48,747 nt of DNA. Origin: Dehalococcoidia bacterium UBA2160 (GTDB lineage Bacteria > Chloroflexota > Dehalococcoidia > Lucifugimonadales > UBA1123). The DNA is taken from positions 1 to 48,747 of the forward strand of contig DCWO01000060.1 in assembly GCA_002328865.1 (NCBI GenBank). The letters are read 5' to 3'. This document shows, piece by piece, positions 18,551 to 28,593 of the stretch. Both the position numbers and the translations under genes were made by a program. Positions within the stretch are counted from its first letter, which is position 1; each line of letters starts with the position of its first letter. The notes beneath the pieces were generated by a model that had not been told where the DNA came from, did not search any database, and was given only the letters and a program-made list of their open reading frames with translations.

Positions 18551-20039
18551 CTTCGCCGGCTTGCTCAGGGCGAGGCCCGGGCTCGTCGGTCATCGTAAAC
18601 TCGATGCGCAAGACTCTCCGTGTGTCTTCGCGAATGCGCGCCCACTCGGCGATTCGTTTGCCGGCGACCCAAGCGATTCCTCGTTCAGCGACGACCAGCG
18701 GCGCCCTGTCTCGCGACTCCCGCTGCATGCGGGAGTCGATCATAAAGTCCTGAAGCTTTTTCGAGCCTTCCATTCCCAGCGGCTGGAACCTGTCCCCGAC
18801 ACGCCGAGGCCTGACGATCAACGGGCCCGCCAGTGCGTCCGCGTCGAAATGCGCCGTTAAACAGCCCCGCGATTCCTGCCCAAGACCGGAGAAGACGCCA
18901 GGCTCCGAACTCGATGGTGTCGTTGTCGTCACCGTGACGCGCCACTCGCCAACCGATGTCTCTCCTGGCACGCTTAGCCGGGTCTCTCCGTGCAACTCCG
19001 GAAGGGGCGACCGACTCCGGTCTCTGTCCCCGATGATTGCCTCTGCGTACGACACGGAGAAGCGTAACCTCGCGGGCAGATCCAGCGACCTGCCTGCCGG
19101 TCCCGAGATGAGACGGATCATCGCCTGCACGTGCGATTCCGTGAGGTCGGTGACTTCGGGCTTCGCCATGAGAACGGCGCGCCGAAGCAAGTGATGCTGG
19201 ACCGACGGATCGAGCAGGGCAAATCCCTGCCGGTCGATCTTGACGGCTTGGTCGCCCTGGCTGACCACGATCGCGGCGGCCTGGTCGACTGTGCGTTCGA
19301 TTAGGGCAAGATCGAGAGCCACGTTCCGCGACAGCCTGACCAGAGCATCTTTCACGCCTGGATTGATGCTCGTCATGAGCGGCAATAATTCTAGCCTGAC
19401 GCGGTTGCGCGTCATCTGTGAGGAGAGGTTTGACTCGTCCAGGCGAGGCGCCACACCGATCGCGCGGCAGAACTCCTCGGTCTCTTCACGTGTGACGTCG
19501 AGAAGCGGACGAACGAGCGTGACCATGTTTTCGTCGATGTTCAATGTCGACTTGGTCTGCATGCCTCTGATGCCCGTCAGGCCAGAGCCTCGGATCAGGT
19601 GAAGCAGCACCGTTTCAGCTTGATCGTCGTGGGTGTGTCCGACGGCCACCGCATCGGCGTCCTGCTCGGCCATGACCCGGGCCAGGAATCCGAGGCGCAC
19701 CTGGCGGGCGGCCTCCTCGAGCGATAGGCGGTGCAGGCGTTGAGCCGCCGCCACGTCGGCCTTATCGACCGCCAGCGGTATACCCAGTCTGTCGAATGTC
19801 TCCGAGACGAACTCGGCGTCGGCGTCGGACGCCTGGCCGCGAAGAGCGTGGTTCAGGTGGGCTCCATGCAGGCTGAGGCCGAGTTCAGGACCGATCCGGC
19901 ACAGGGCGTGGAGCAAGGCCAGCGAATCGGGTCCTCCTGAGACGGCGACGACCAGGCGCGAACCACGCGAGAGACCGGACTGATCGAGCGCGTTCCGAAC
20001 CGCTTGGCAGAACTTCGAGATGAGTTTGTCTGTGTCCAT
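18543..20039 (-). CDS. tilS: tRNA(Ile)-lysidine synthetase
   Basis: AVSGGPDS PP-loop, HLNHALR, GHTHDDQAETVL, RPLL, DESN, RNRVR and C-terminal GDRFQPLGM-KKLQDF. Confidence 0.96.
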   Translation of the reverse strand: MDTDKLISKFCQAVRNALDQSGLSRGSRLVVAVSGGPDSLALLHALCRIGPELGLSLHGAHLNHALRGQASDADAEFVSETFDRLGIPLAVDKADVAAAQRLHRLSLEEAARQVRLGFLARVMAEQDADAVAVGHTHDDQAETVLLHLIRGSGLTGIRGMQTKSTLNIDENMVTLVRPLLDVTREETEEFCRAIGVAPRLDESNLSSQMTRNRVRLELLPLMTSINPGVKDALVRLSRNVALDLALIERTVDQAAAIVVSQGDQAVKIDRQGFALLDPSVQHHLLRRAVLMAKPEVTDLTESHVQAMIRLISGPAGRSLDLPARLRFSVSYAEAIIGDRDRSRSPLPELHGETRLSVPGETSVGEWRVTVTTTTPSSSEPGVFSGLGQESRGCLTAHFDADALAGPLIVRPRRVGDRFQPLGMEGSKKLQDFMIDSRMQRESRDRAPLVVAERGIAWVAGKRIAEWARIREDTRRVLRIEFTMTDEPGPRPEQAGEVT

Positions 20040-20135
20040 CGCAGTCCAATTTCAGGTCGGCGGCAACACCCTCTATCCCGGCCGGCTCACAGGCACCTGA
20101 ACCGAGGGCAGTCGAGACAGGCTGCTTTCAGGCGG

Positions 20136-20756
20136 CTAGTTGGCCGGATCCTTGGCCGGCAGATGCCAGGTTTCGTTCAGGGAGGTCACCGTGAAGCCCG
20201 AGGCGGCGGTCTGCAGACGAGTAATCGAACCCAGATCGACCTTAACCCTTCTGAAGTCTTTCAAGTTCATACCCAGCGCCGAGCACACGATGGTTTGTAT
20301 CGGAAAGTTATGCGAGACGGCGACCGCCGTCCCATCCGGATGCGCGTCCACGATCTCGGCGATGGCTTTCCACGCCCTATCCTGAACTTCACCCAACGTC
20401 TCTCCTCCTGGCATGCGAGCCTTAGCCGGGTCCGACCGCCAGACCGCCATGACGTCAGGGAACAATTCGCCCAGTTTCCGCCCCTCGATGCCCTCCATTT
20501 CGCCCGCATCGAGTTCGGCCAATCCTGGCTTCGGTGCGATCGGTGTGTCGGTCAGTCCGGAGATCGCTTCGGCGGTCTGCATCGTTCGGTTGACCGGACT
20601 GGAGTACAACGTGAACGAGCCCACGTGGGTCAGCGCCTGCGCGACGGCTTGGGCCTGGGCCAGTCCGGTCTCGTTGAGAGGTTCAGGGCCATGCCCCAGG
20701 ACCCGTCCGTCTCGATTCAGGTTGGTCTGGCCGTGTCTGACGATGATCAGGTTCAA
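20136..20756 (-). CDS. Histidine phosphatase (phosphoglycerate mutase family)
   Basis: IVRHGQT, YSSP, ELDAGEMEG, PGGET, VSH and LNETWHL. Confidence 0.9.
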   Translation of the reverse strand: MNLIIVRHGQTNLNRDGRVLGHGPEPLNETGLAQAQAVAQALTHVGSFTLYSSPVNRTMQTAEAISGLTDTPIAPKPGLAELDAGEMEGIEGRKLGELFPDVMAVWRSDPAKARMPGGETLGEVQDRAWKAIAEIVDAHPDGTAVAVSHNFPIQTIVCSALGMNLKDFRRVKVDLGSITRLQTAASGFTVTSLNETWHLPAKDPAN

Positions 20757-20760
20757 TGAG

Positions 20761-22050
20761 TTACTCGCCTTCGGTTGGTTTGGTCTGTTCGGTCTTCGTG
20801 ATTCTGATCCGCTCGATCTTGAGATACTCCATTTTAGCGATTTCGAGCTTGAGATTGCCTTGCTCGAAACTTTCGCCTTCGGACGGGATATGCCCGAGCA
20901 CGTCTAAGGCAAACCCCGCGATCGTCTCGAACTCTCCTTCAGGCAGTTCGATTGCAAGCTCTTCGCTGGCTTCCTGGATGCTCATGCCGCCGTCGACGAT
21001 GAACGTGTTCTCGTCGATTTCGCGGTACTCTTCCTCAGGCGCTTCACTCTCTTCGCCCACGGGACCGACCACGACCTCCAGCAGCCTCTTCAGGGTCACG
21101 AGCCCAGCCATGCCGCCGAATTCGTCGATGATCATCGCCATCTGATTGCCCGAGTGACGGAGTTCGTCGAACAGCTCCGAGATGCGCTTGGTTTCGGGCA
21201 CGAACAACGCCTCGCGAATGTCGTCGGTCGCCGTTTGATCGATTTCGATGTCTCCGGAGGCCAGTCTTTTCAGGATGTCCTTGGCGCTGATAATGCCGAC
21301 AATGTTGTCCGGGGATTCGTCGTAGATAGGGAAGCGGGTGTGCGCGTTCTCGGCGTAGACCTCCAGGAACTCCTGGAGGGTGCTCCCCCGTTGAAGAAAC
21401 TGAATCTCGGTACGCGGAGTCATGACCTCGCGGACCCGCTGATCGCCGAATCGGAAGACGTTCTCGAGCATCTCCGCCTCGGATGCCTCGAAGGCGCCCT
21501 CGGCCTCACCGATATCGATGAGAGAGCGCAACTCGAATTCGGTGATGGAGCCGCTCGACGACGGCCCACCCAGGATGGCGTTTAATCGCCGGGTGGTCCA
21601 CTGGAGAACCAAGACGAAGGGCAGCAGCAGGTACTCGGTCCACTTGAGGGGAAGGGCATAGAAGAATGCCACCTGCTCTGATTTCCTCACCGCCACCGTC
21701 TTCGGGATGATTTCACCCAGCAGCAGGAGCGCCGCCGTGGCCACGAACGTTGCGATCGCGACGCCCCGTCCTTCATTGCCCTCGCCAACGTAGGATACTA
21801 CGGTTACCGTGATCACCGAAGTAAATGCCACGTTCACCAGGTTGTTGCCCAGCAGTATCGCTGGGAGCAGGCGTTCGGGTTGGCCTACCATGCTGGCCAC
21901 GCGCCTTGCGCCGGGGTACCCGATGCTGACCAGGTGTGCGATTCTGGTCCGTTGAAGCGAAAGAAAGGCGGCCTCCGAGCTGGCGAAGAAGGCTGAAAAC
22001 ACCAGGAACACGGCGACCAGAATCAGGTTAACCGTTTGATCCTCTAGCAT
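20761..22050 (-). CDS. CNNM (DUF21)-CBS-CorC hemolysin-family Mg/Co transporter, copy A
   Basis: SAFFASSEAA, LLGNNLVN, GEIIPK, EVMTPR, HTRFPI, IDEFGG and ETIAGF. Confidence 0.93.
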   Translation of the reverse strand: MLEDQTVNLILVAVFLVFSAFFASSEAAFLSLQRTRIAHLVSIGYPGARRVASMVGQPERLLPAILLGNNLVNVAFTSVITVTVVSYVGEGNEGRGVAIATFVATAALLLLGEIIPKTVAVRKSEQVAFFYALPLKWTEYLLLPFVLVLQWTTRRLNAILGGPSSSGSITEFELRSLIDIGEAEGAFEASEAEMLENVFRFGDQRVREVMTPRTEIQFLQRGSTLQEFLEVYAENAHTRFPIYDESPDNIVGIISAKDILKRLASGDIEIDQTATDDIREALFVPETKRISELFDELRHSGNQMAMIIDEFGGMAGLVTLKRLLEVVVGPVGEESEAPEEEYREIDENTFIVDGGMSIQEASEELAIELPEGEFETIAGFALDVLGHIPSEGESFEQGNLKLEIAKMEYLKIERIRITKTEQTKPTEGE

Positions 22051-22277
22051 GGGTGTCCCTCCAGGATCCGGGCTTGACCCGCGAATTCGCTCCGTCCCGG
22101 GGTGGAAGACCGAAACCGATCTGAGACGACACGCGACCTACCAGGCCGGATGCGTGCTCACGGGATTCAACGCACTGAATAGATGGGTTAAAACCACGAC
22201 CGCGAACGACACGTTCCGGTGCTCCGGTGATGCGACGGGTCTGGTCAGCGGCGCGCACGACTCCCACCGGACCTGGC

Positions 22278-22379
22278 CTAGGCCAATCCGGTCTCGTTGG
22301 CCGGCTCCGGACCCTGCCCCAGGATGCGCCGGTTCTTGTTCAGGTCCGTCTCAACATGTCTGACCAAGACCAATCTCAA
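22278..22379 (-). pseudogene. Degenerate paralog fragment of the 20136-20756 histidine phosphatase
   Basis: Reads LRLVLVRHVETDLNKNRRILGQGPEPANETGLA*. It has RHG->RHV and TAG where the intact copy has Gln (CAG), and the same 4-nt gap after the CNNM stop. Confidence 0.85.
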
Positions 22380-22383
22380 TTAC

Positions 22384-23664
22384 CTACTCGCTTTCGGTCT
22401 GTTCGGTCTTCGTAATTCTGATCTGCTCGATCTTGAGATACTCCATTCTAACGATTTCGAGCTTGAGATTGCCTTGCTCGAAACTCTCGCCTTCGGAGGG
22501 TATGTGCCCAAGCACGTCGAGGGCGAATCCGGCGATCGTCTCGAACTCGCCCGCCCGCAGTTCGATCGCCAGCTCGTCGCTAGCCTCCTGGATGCTCATG
22601 CCGCCGTCGACCAGGAACGTGTTCTCGTCGATTTCGTGGTACTCTTCCTCAAGCGCTTCACCCTCTTCGCCCACGGGACCGACCACGACCTCCAGCAACC
22701 TCTTCAGGGTCACGAGCCCAGCCATGCCGCCGAACTCGTCGATGATCATCGCCATCTGGTTGCCCGAGTGGCGGAGCTCGTTGAACAACTCCGAGACGCG
22801 CTTGGTTTCGGGCACGAACAACGCCTCTCGAATGTCGTCGGTCGCCGTTTGATCGATTTCTATGTCTCCGGAGGCCAGTCTTTTCAGGATGTCCTTGGCG
22901 CTGATAATGCCGACAATGTTGTCCGGTGAATCGTCGTAGATCGGGAACCGCGTGTGGACGTTCTCAGAATAGACCTCCAGGAACTCCTGAAAGGTGCTTC
23001 CCCGCTGGAGGAACTGAATCTCGGTGCGTGGCGTCATGACCTCGCGAACCTGCTGATCGCCGAACTGGAAGACGTTTTCGAGCATCTCCGCCTCGGACGC
23101 CTCGAATGTTCCCTCCGCTTCGCCGATGTCGATGAGCGTGCGCAACTCTCCTTCTGTAATGGAACCGCGCGAGGTGGTGTCGCCTAGCATCGCGTTCAAG
23201 CGTCTGGTGATCCATTGGAGGATCAGGACGAACGGCAGCAGCAAGTACTCGGTCCATTTCAAAGGCGAGGCGTAGACGAACGCGACGCGCTCGGATTTCT
23301 TGACCGCGACGGTCTTTGGTATGATCTCGCCGAGCAGCAGCAGAATAGCTGTGGCCACGAACGTCGCGATCGCGACGCCCTGCCCTTCGTTGCCCTCTCC
23401 AACGTACTTAACCACTGTCACCGTGATTACCGACGTAAAAGCGACGTTTACAAGGTTGTTGCCCAGCAGTATCGTTGAGAGCAGCCGTTCAGGTTGGCTG
23501 ATCATGTTGGCCACACGCTTCGCGCCCGGAGCCCCGATGCTGACCAGATGTGTGATCCTGGTCCTCTGCAGCGATAGATACGCTGCTTCCGAGCTGGAGA
23601 AGAACGCGGAGAACACCAGGAACACGGCGACCAGAGTCAGGTTTACCGATTGTCCCTCTAGCAT
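22384..23664 (-). CDS. CNNM (DUF21)-CBS-CorC hemolysin-family transporter, copy B
   Basis: Same motifs as copy A, with near-identical CBS/CorC region. Confidence 0.93.
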   Translation of the reverse strand: MLEGQSVNLTLVAVFLVFSAFFSSSEAAYLSLQRTRITHLVSIGAPGAKRVANMISQPERLLSTILLGNNLVNVAFTSVITVTVVKYVGEGNEGQGVAIATFVATAILLLLGEIIPKTVAVKKSERVAFVYASPLKWTEYLLLPFVLILQWITRRLNAMLGDTTSRGSITEGELRTLIDIGEAEGTFEASEAEMLENVFQFGDQQVREVMTPRTEIQFLQRGSTFQEFLEVYSENVHTRFPIYDDSPDNIVGIISAKDILKRLASGDIEIDQTATDDIREALFVPETKRVSELFNELRHSGNQMAMIIDEFGGMAGLVTLKRLLEVVVGPVGEEGEALEEEYHEIDENTFLVDGGMSIQEASDELAIELRAGEFETIAGFALDVLGHIPSEGESFEQGNLKLEIVRMEYLKIEQIRITKTEQTESE

Positions 23665-23940
23665 GGGAGTCCCTCCTGGGGATTGTGAATGGCCCGCGAG
23701 CGAATGGCTTCACGGAGTCGAAGGTGGGCGGAGCGGCGTGTCCCGGAATGAGACGGCGACAGGCGTGTACGACCAGGATTGTGCTCGTACGGCGCGGAGT
23801 GTTCGAGAAAGGCGACGGCGAGATGAACGCGGGCAGCATTCTCCGGTGGGTCGGCGATGGCGTGAATATGGCGGACGGTGCGCATGAATCTGAGCAACCT
23901 ATTCCGGGCGTCGTGATCGAACGCACGCCCGACGGGTCTC

Positions 23941-24447
23941 TCAGTCGATGTCCGCCGAATCCGACGAGTCGAGGTCGCCTTGCTTTTCATCCCAGAGCTT
24001 CGACACGGTGCTGCGAGTCAGTGCCGAGCCGTAACCTCGCCTTTGGAGGTGCGCCCACAGCCTTCGGCGGAAGGAGTCGTGATCGGCGTTCGCCAGCCGG
24101 CGCGCGAACTTGGCGCCCGCACGGTACGCGCTGTCTTCGTCGTCAATCGCGCCGACTGCATCGTCGGCAAGAGTTGGCGCGATTCCGTGTGAGAGCAGTT
24201 CGCGCCGAATGGCCGTTGCGCTGCGAGGTCGTTGGCGGTCGCGGCTTTCCGTCCAGAGCCTGGCGAACTCCGCATCGTTGACGAGGGACTGATCCCGAAG
24301 CGTGTTCAATACCTGGTCAACTGTTTCGGGAGTGAAATCGCGGTTGAGGCGAGAACGGAGTTCCGATTCGCTGCGAGGCCGGTGCGTAAGTAGGCGCAGC
24401 GCCCGGTCTCGGGCTTTCTGAGGGGACGAATCGTTGTTAATGGCCAC
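23941..24447 (-). CDS. recX: Recombination regulator RecX
   Basis: ALRLLTHRPRSESEL, LVNDAEFA, IRRELLSHGI and LQRRGY; downstream of recA. Confidence 0.92.
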   Translation of the reverse strand: MAINNDSSPQKARDRALRLLTHRPRSESELRSRLNRDFTPETVDQVLNTLRDQSLVNDAEFARLWTESRDRQRPRSATAIRRELLSHGIAPTLADDAVGAIDDEDSAYRAGAKFARRLANADHDSFRRRLWAHLQRRGYGSALTRSTVSKLWDEKQGDLDSSDSADID

Positions 24448-24849
24448 CGCGGTAGCGTACCTGTGTCCTCGTGCCGGATTCGAGCGCAGCCTGCAAATCG
24501 GGCGCCCATGTTCGCACAGTCTATATTATCGAGAACGAAGGACGCAAAGCGGACCGGAGGTCGCGTTTCCGTGCAACTCGGACTGACCGGAGCGTGTTTT
24601 CGGCGGAGAGCACGCCTGACAACGGTCGTTCGATCTCATTGCGCGGTCCGGTCCAGACGCCGGTGAGTTAGTCTGGTCCCCATACCGACGGGTCAAGCAA
24701 ATTCAACGTCGGCTGATTCGCGAGGAAATTTGTGGCGACGGCAACCGGCTCAGATGTCCGATGTCACGGCACGTGGTCTTGACGGCCGTTGGGGCACAGT
24801 TGGAAGCCTGCACGGCCTCGTTTGAGCGTCCGTGCAGGCCTCCGTCAGA

Positions 24850-25917
24850 TCATTCGGTTTCGACTGCCTCGGCGGGGTCGCGATGTCCGTTGCTTGGCTG
24901 AGGCTCCTCGGCGACCACCTCGTCGCGGCCGGTGACCATGCTTTCGATTCGTTGGGCGATGTCGGGATTCTCCCTCAAGAATTCCTTGACGTTTTCTCTG
25001 CCCTGTCCCAACTTGACCTCACCGAAGGAGTAGAACGCTCCGCTCTTTTTGACGACGCCCTTTTCGGTCCCGATTTCGATGAGCTCACCCTCTTTGCTGA
25101 TGCCTTGGTTGAACATGATGTCGAACTCGGCGACCTTGAAGGGAGGAGCGACCTTGTTCTTGACCACCCGAGCGCGAACACGGCTGCCCACGATCTCGCC
25201 GGCCTGTTTGAGGGACTCCAGCCTGCGAAGGTCGATGCGAACGGAGCTGTAGAATTTCAGAGCTCGCCCGCCGGGGGTGACCTCCGGGCTGCCCCAGATG
25301 ACTCCCACCTTCTCGCGGATCTGGTTGATGAACACGACGGAGGTGTTGGAGCGACTTATGGCGGCGGTCAGCTTGCGCAACGCCTGGGACATGAGGCGCG
25401 CTTGAAGGCCGATGTGAGTGTCGCCCATGTCGCCGTCAATCTCGGCCTTGGGCACGAGGGCGGCCACGCTGTCCACCACGACGACGTCGACGGCGCTGCT
25501 CCTGACCAGGTACTCGCAGATCTCCAGGGCCTGCTCGGCGCTGTCGGGCTGTGACACGAGGAGATCGTCGAGGTCGATCCCGCACTTGGCGGAGTAGCCT
25601 GGGTCCAAGGCGTGCTCGGCGTCTATGTACGCGGCGCTGCCGCCTTTGAGTTGGGCTTCAGCCATGATGTGATAAGCCAGGGTGGACTTGCCGGAAGACT
25701 CGGTGCCGAACACCTCGATGACCCGGCCCTTGGGGATGCCTCCGACGCCCAGCGCCATGTCCAGCGACAGCGAGCCGGTGGAGATGGACTCAACGAAGGT
25801 GTGTCCGCTGCCTTCACCCAGCCTCATGATGGTGCCATGACCGAATTGACGGTCTATCTGGCCGATGGCGACTTCCAGGGCCTCTTTTTTCTTGTCGATC
25901 GTCTTCTTGTCGGTCAT
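24850..25917 (-). CDS. recA: Recombinase RecA
   Basis: [58 protein letters not shown] and KNKVAPPF. Confidence 0.99.
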   Translation of the reverse strand: MTDKKTIDKKKEALEVAIGQIDRQFGHGTIMRLGEGSGHTFVESISTGSLSLDMALGVGGIPKGRVIEVFGTESSGKSTLAYHIMAEAQLKGGSAAYIDAEHALDPGYSAKCGIDLDDLLVSQPDSAEQALEICEYLVRSSAVDVVVVDSVAALVPKAEIDGDMGDTHIGLQARLMSQALRKLTAAISRSNTSVVFINQIREKVGVIWGSPEVTPGGRALKFYSSVRIDLRRLESLKQAGEIVGSRVRARVVKNKVAPPFKVAEFDIMFNQGISKEGELIEIGTEKGVVKKSGAFYSFGEVKLGQGRENVKEFLRENPDIAQRIESMVTGRDEVVAEEPQPSNGHRDPAEAVETE

Positions 25918-26015
25918 GGTTCACTCCAACGGGGGCCTGTCGGCAATTGTATCGAATCGGCAATTCGTTTCGTCTCAGGGCGAGATTCCATGGGTGATTG
26001 TGCCTGAGCGAAACG

Positions 26016-26056
26016 ATTGTACCACGGCGGAGACCTAAAGTAAAGACATATGTTCT
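26016..26056 (-). promoter_or_regulatory. recA promoter with adjacent LexA (SOS) box
   Basis: Minus strand reads AGAACATATGTCTT (GAAC-N4-GTCT, near GAAC-N4-GTTC) abutting TTTACT-17 nt-TACAAT with a TG extension. Confidence 0.65.
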
Positions 26057-26354
26057 ACAACTTGAGAAACTGATAAACGCGTCGTTGGACGGGTGAAGCT
26101 GTGTCGGATCAGACATGCCGCCACCGGACCGAACATGATGGCCGATTCGGGTTGAAGGCGTTGTGATATCATCCTGACGGCTTCACGAATGTTGCATATA
26201 GCGCCGTGTGGAGCGCCGGCGCGGCCGTGTCGTTCCGTAGGCTGCGATTGTGCGTCACGGACGTTCGCGGCAACCGCTATTCGTTCAAACTGCGACGGCC
26301 AACGTGGCCGGTGTGAAACCAATTCTCGGCTTAGGCCGTTTTCAGGAGGAACGC

Positions 26355-27536
26355 ATGAAGATCACCAACATTGAGACGTTCATAGTCGACGCGGGGTGGA
26401 GACCGTGGACGTTCACGAAAGTGGAGACGGACGAGGGCATCACCGGCTGGGGCGAGTGCAGCGACGGCCGGTCGCCACACGGCGTGGTCGGTACGGTGGA
26501 AGACCTGAAACCAGTCCTTATCGGGAAGGACCCCCGCGCGTTCGAGATGCTCTGGTGGGACATGTTCAGGGCGACGCGACAGAGCCCTGGCGGCATCGCG
26601 GCAAAGGCAATTGCCGGGATCGACTGCGCTCTGGTCGATATCAAAGCCAAGGCGCTGGGCATCTCGGTTACGGAACTGTTCGGCGGACCTACACGCGAGA
26701 AGGTCCGGGTGTACTGGTCCCACTGCGGCACATCCAGGGCCCGGAATCACGAACTCCTGGGCACGCCGCCGATCAGGTCTTGGGATGACATCACCAACCT
26801 GGGCAAAGAGGTTGTCGAGCGGGGATTTACGGCCTTCAAGACCAACATCGTCCAGCCGGGAGACCCCGCGGGCGTGTACGGCGGCGGCTTCGCCCGGGGC
26901 CTCGGCACGACCGACCAGGTGGCGACGACCGAGGTGCTGACACACGTCGAGAAGCTGATTGGCACTTTCCGAGACGCGGTCGGACCGAACGTGGACATCA
27001 ACCTGGACCTGAACTTCAACTTCAAGACCGAGGGCGCGATACGCATCGCCAAGGTGCTGGAGCAGTTCAACATGCTCTGGCTGGAAGTGGACATGTACTC
27101 GCCCACGGCCTTGCGTCAAGTCAAGGAATCGACCGACACGAAGATCTGCACCGGTGAGAACCTGTACTACATGCGGGAATATCTTCCGTACTTCCAGCTT
27201 CACGCGGCTGACATCTTCATGGTCGACGTGCCCTGGAACGGGTTCATCCAGTCGAAAAAGGTGGCCGACCTGGCCGAGGTGTTCCAACTCAACGTTGCGC
27301 CCCACAACTACTACAGCCACATGTCTTCGTACATCAGCGCCACGCTCTGCGCCGTGCTCCCCAACGTCCGCATCATGGAAATCGACATCGACGACGTGCC
27401 CTGGAAGGATGATCTGGTCACCGTCGCGCCTGAAATCGTGGACGGCTACATGACTGTCCCCACGGCGCCGGGCTGGGGAGCGGACGTCAACGAGGAAGTC
27501 GCCAGGGCGCACCCCTGGGTCGCCCCAGGGGCGTGA
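26355..27536 (+). CDS. Mandelate racemase / muconate lactonizing enzyme family (galactonate dehydratase-like)
   Basis: MKITNIETF, TDEGITGWGE, DIKAKALG, GFTAFK, WLE, TGEN, APHN and PGWG; AGGAGG SD. Confidence 0.92.
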   Translation: MKITNIETFIVDAGWRPWTFTKVETDEGITGWGECSDGRSPHGVVGTVEDLKPVLIGKDPRAFEMLWWDMFRATRQSPGGIAAKAIAGIDCALVDIKAKALGISVTELFGGPTREKVRVYWSHCGTSRARNHELLGTPPIRSWDDITNLGKEVVERGFTAFKTNIVQPGDPAGVYGGGFARGLGTTDQVATTEVLTHVEKLIGTFRDAVGPNVDINLDLNFNFKTEGAIRIAKVLEQFNMLWLEVDMYSPTALRQVKESTDTKICTGENLYYMREYLPYFQLHAADIFMVDVPWNGFIQSKKVADLAEVFQLNVAPHNYYSHMSSYISATLCAVLPNVRIMEIDIDDVPWKDDLVTVAPEIVDGYMTVPTAPGWGADVNEEVARAHPWVAPGA

Positions 27537-27579
27537 TCCGGACGAGATCGGGCTACAACCAACCAACAAGGAGAACACG

Positions 27580-28476
27580 ATGCCTGATTACAAATCTATT
27601 CTCTATGAAGAGAAGGGCTCTGTTCGGCTGATCACGCTGAACAGGCCAGAAGCCTTGAACGCGATTGGCGAGGGTATGGAAGAAGAGCTTCACCATGCGC
27701 TCGACGTGGCCGAGGCCGACGAGACTGCCAGGGTCATAATCCTCACCGGCGCCGGACGCGCGTTCTCGGCCGGATACGACATGGCCTCCGTCAGGGAAGC
27801 CGCGGATACGGACCCGGATTCGATGATCGCCAAGGGCGCCAGCGCGGCCCAGCACATCAGCCGGTGGTTCTACAACGACCGCAACATGCTCAAGAACCAA
27901 ACACACATCTTCGAACTCAGCAAACCCGTGATCGCCTGCGTGCACGGCTGGTGCATGGGCGGCGGGACGTGGCTGTCGCTGACCTGCGACATGACGTTTT
28001 GTTCCGAGGACGCGGTTTTCGGCCAGCCGGAGGTCCGCCACATCTCCAACTCCAGCTTTCTGTGGGTGCTCATGGCCGGATACAAGAACGCGCTGCGCTA
28101 CTCGCTGACCGGTGACCACATTGACGCCCAGGAAGCGTTCCGCATCGGACTGGTCAACGAAGTCTTCCCAGATCGTGAAGCCATGATGGCCGAAGCGTTC
28201 AGGCTGGCCGAGCGCATCTCGATGATCACTCCGGAAACCGTCGCTGCCAACAAGTACATCGCGACGCTGGGCCTGGAGATGATGGGACTGAGAAACGCGA
28301 TCACCACCAACTGGCTGCTCTCGTCAATTGCCCACTCGTCACAGAGGCCCGACTTCAATCGCCGAGACATGATGGAAGCGGCAATGGAGAACGGCATGCG
28401 CGGTTTCTTGGGAGTACGCGACGGCCCCTTCCAGCCGGAACCATTCGGTCCGCGATCGAAGCCCAAAGAGGAGTAG
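27580..28476 (+). CDS. Enoyl-CoA hydratase/isomerase (crotonase) family
   Basis: ITLNRPEALNA, AFSAGYD, KPVIACVHG, FGQPEV and IGLVNEV. Confidence 0.92.
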   Translation: MPDYKSILYEEKGSVRLITLNRPEALNAIGEGMEEELHHALDVAEADETARVIILTGAGRAFSAGYDMASVREAADTDPDSMIAKGASAAQHISRWFYNDRNMLKNQTHIFELSKPVIACVHGWCMGGGTWLSLTCDMTFCSEDAVFGQPEVRHISNSSFLWVLMAGYKNALRYSLTGDHIDAQEAFRIGLVNEVFPDREAMMAEAFRLAERISMITPETVAANKYIATLGLEMMGLRNAITTNWLLSSIAHSSQRPDFNRRDMMEAAMENGMRGFLGVRDGPFQPEPFGPRSKPKEE

Positions 28477-28593
28477 ATCGGGTCGGATCTCGCCGGTTCC
28501 TTCTGGGTTCGTGCGCGGTTCGTAATGATTCTAGTCGCAGGGAGGCGATCTGTTTATGTATCGAAAGCGCGATCCTGCTCTCGGAGGTTATCG

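Noticed and set aside
24495-24515. Second LexA half-site (CGAAC) upstream of recX
   Set aside because: The right half GCGC does not match GTTC.
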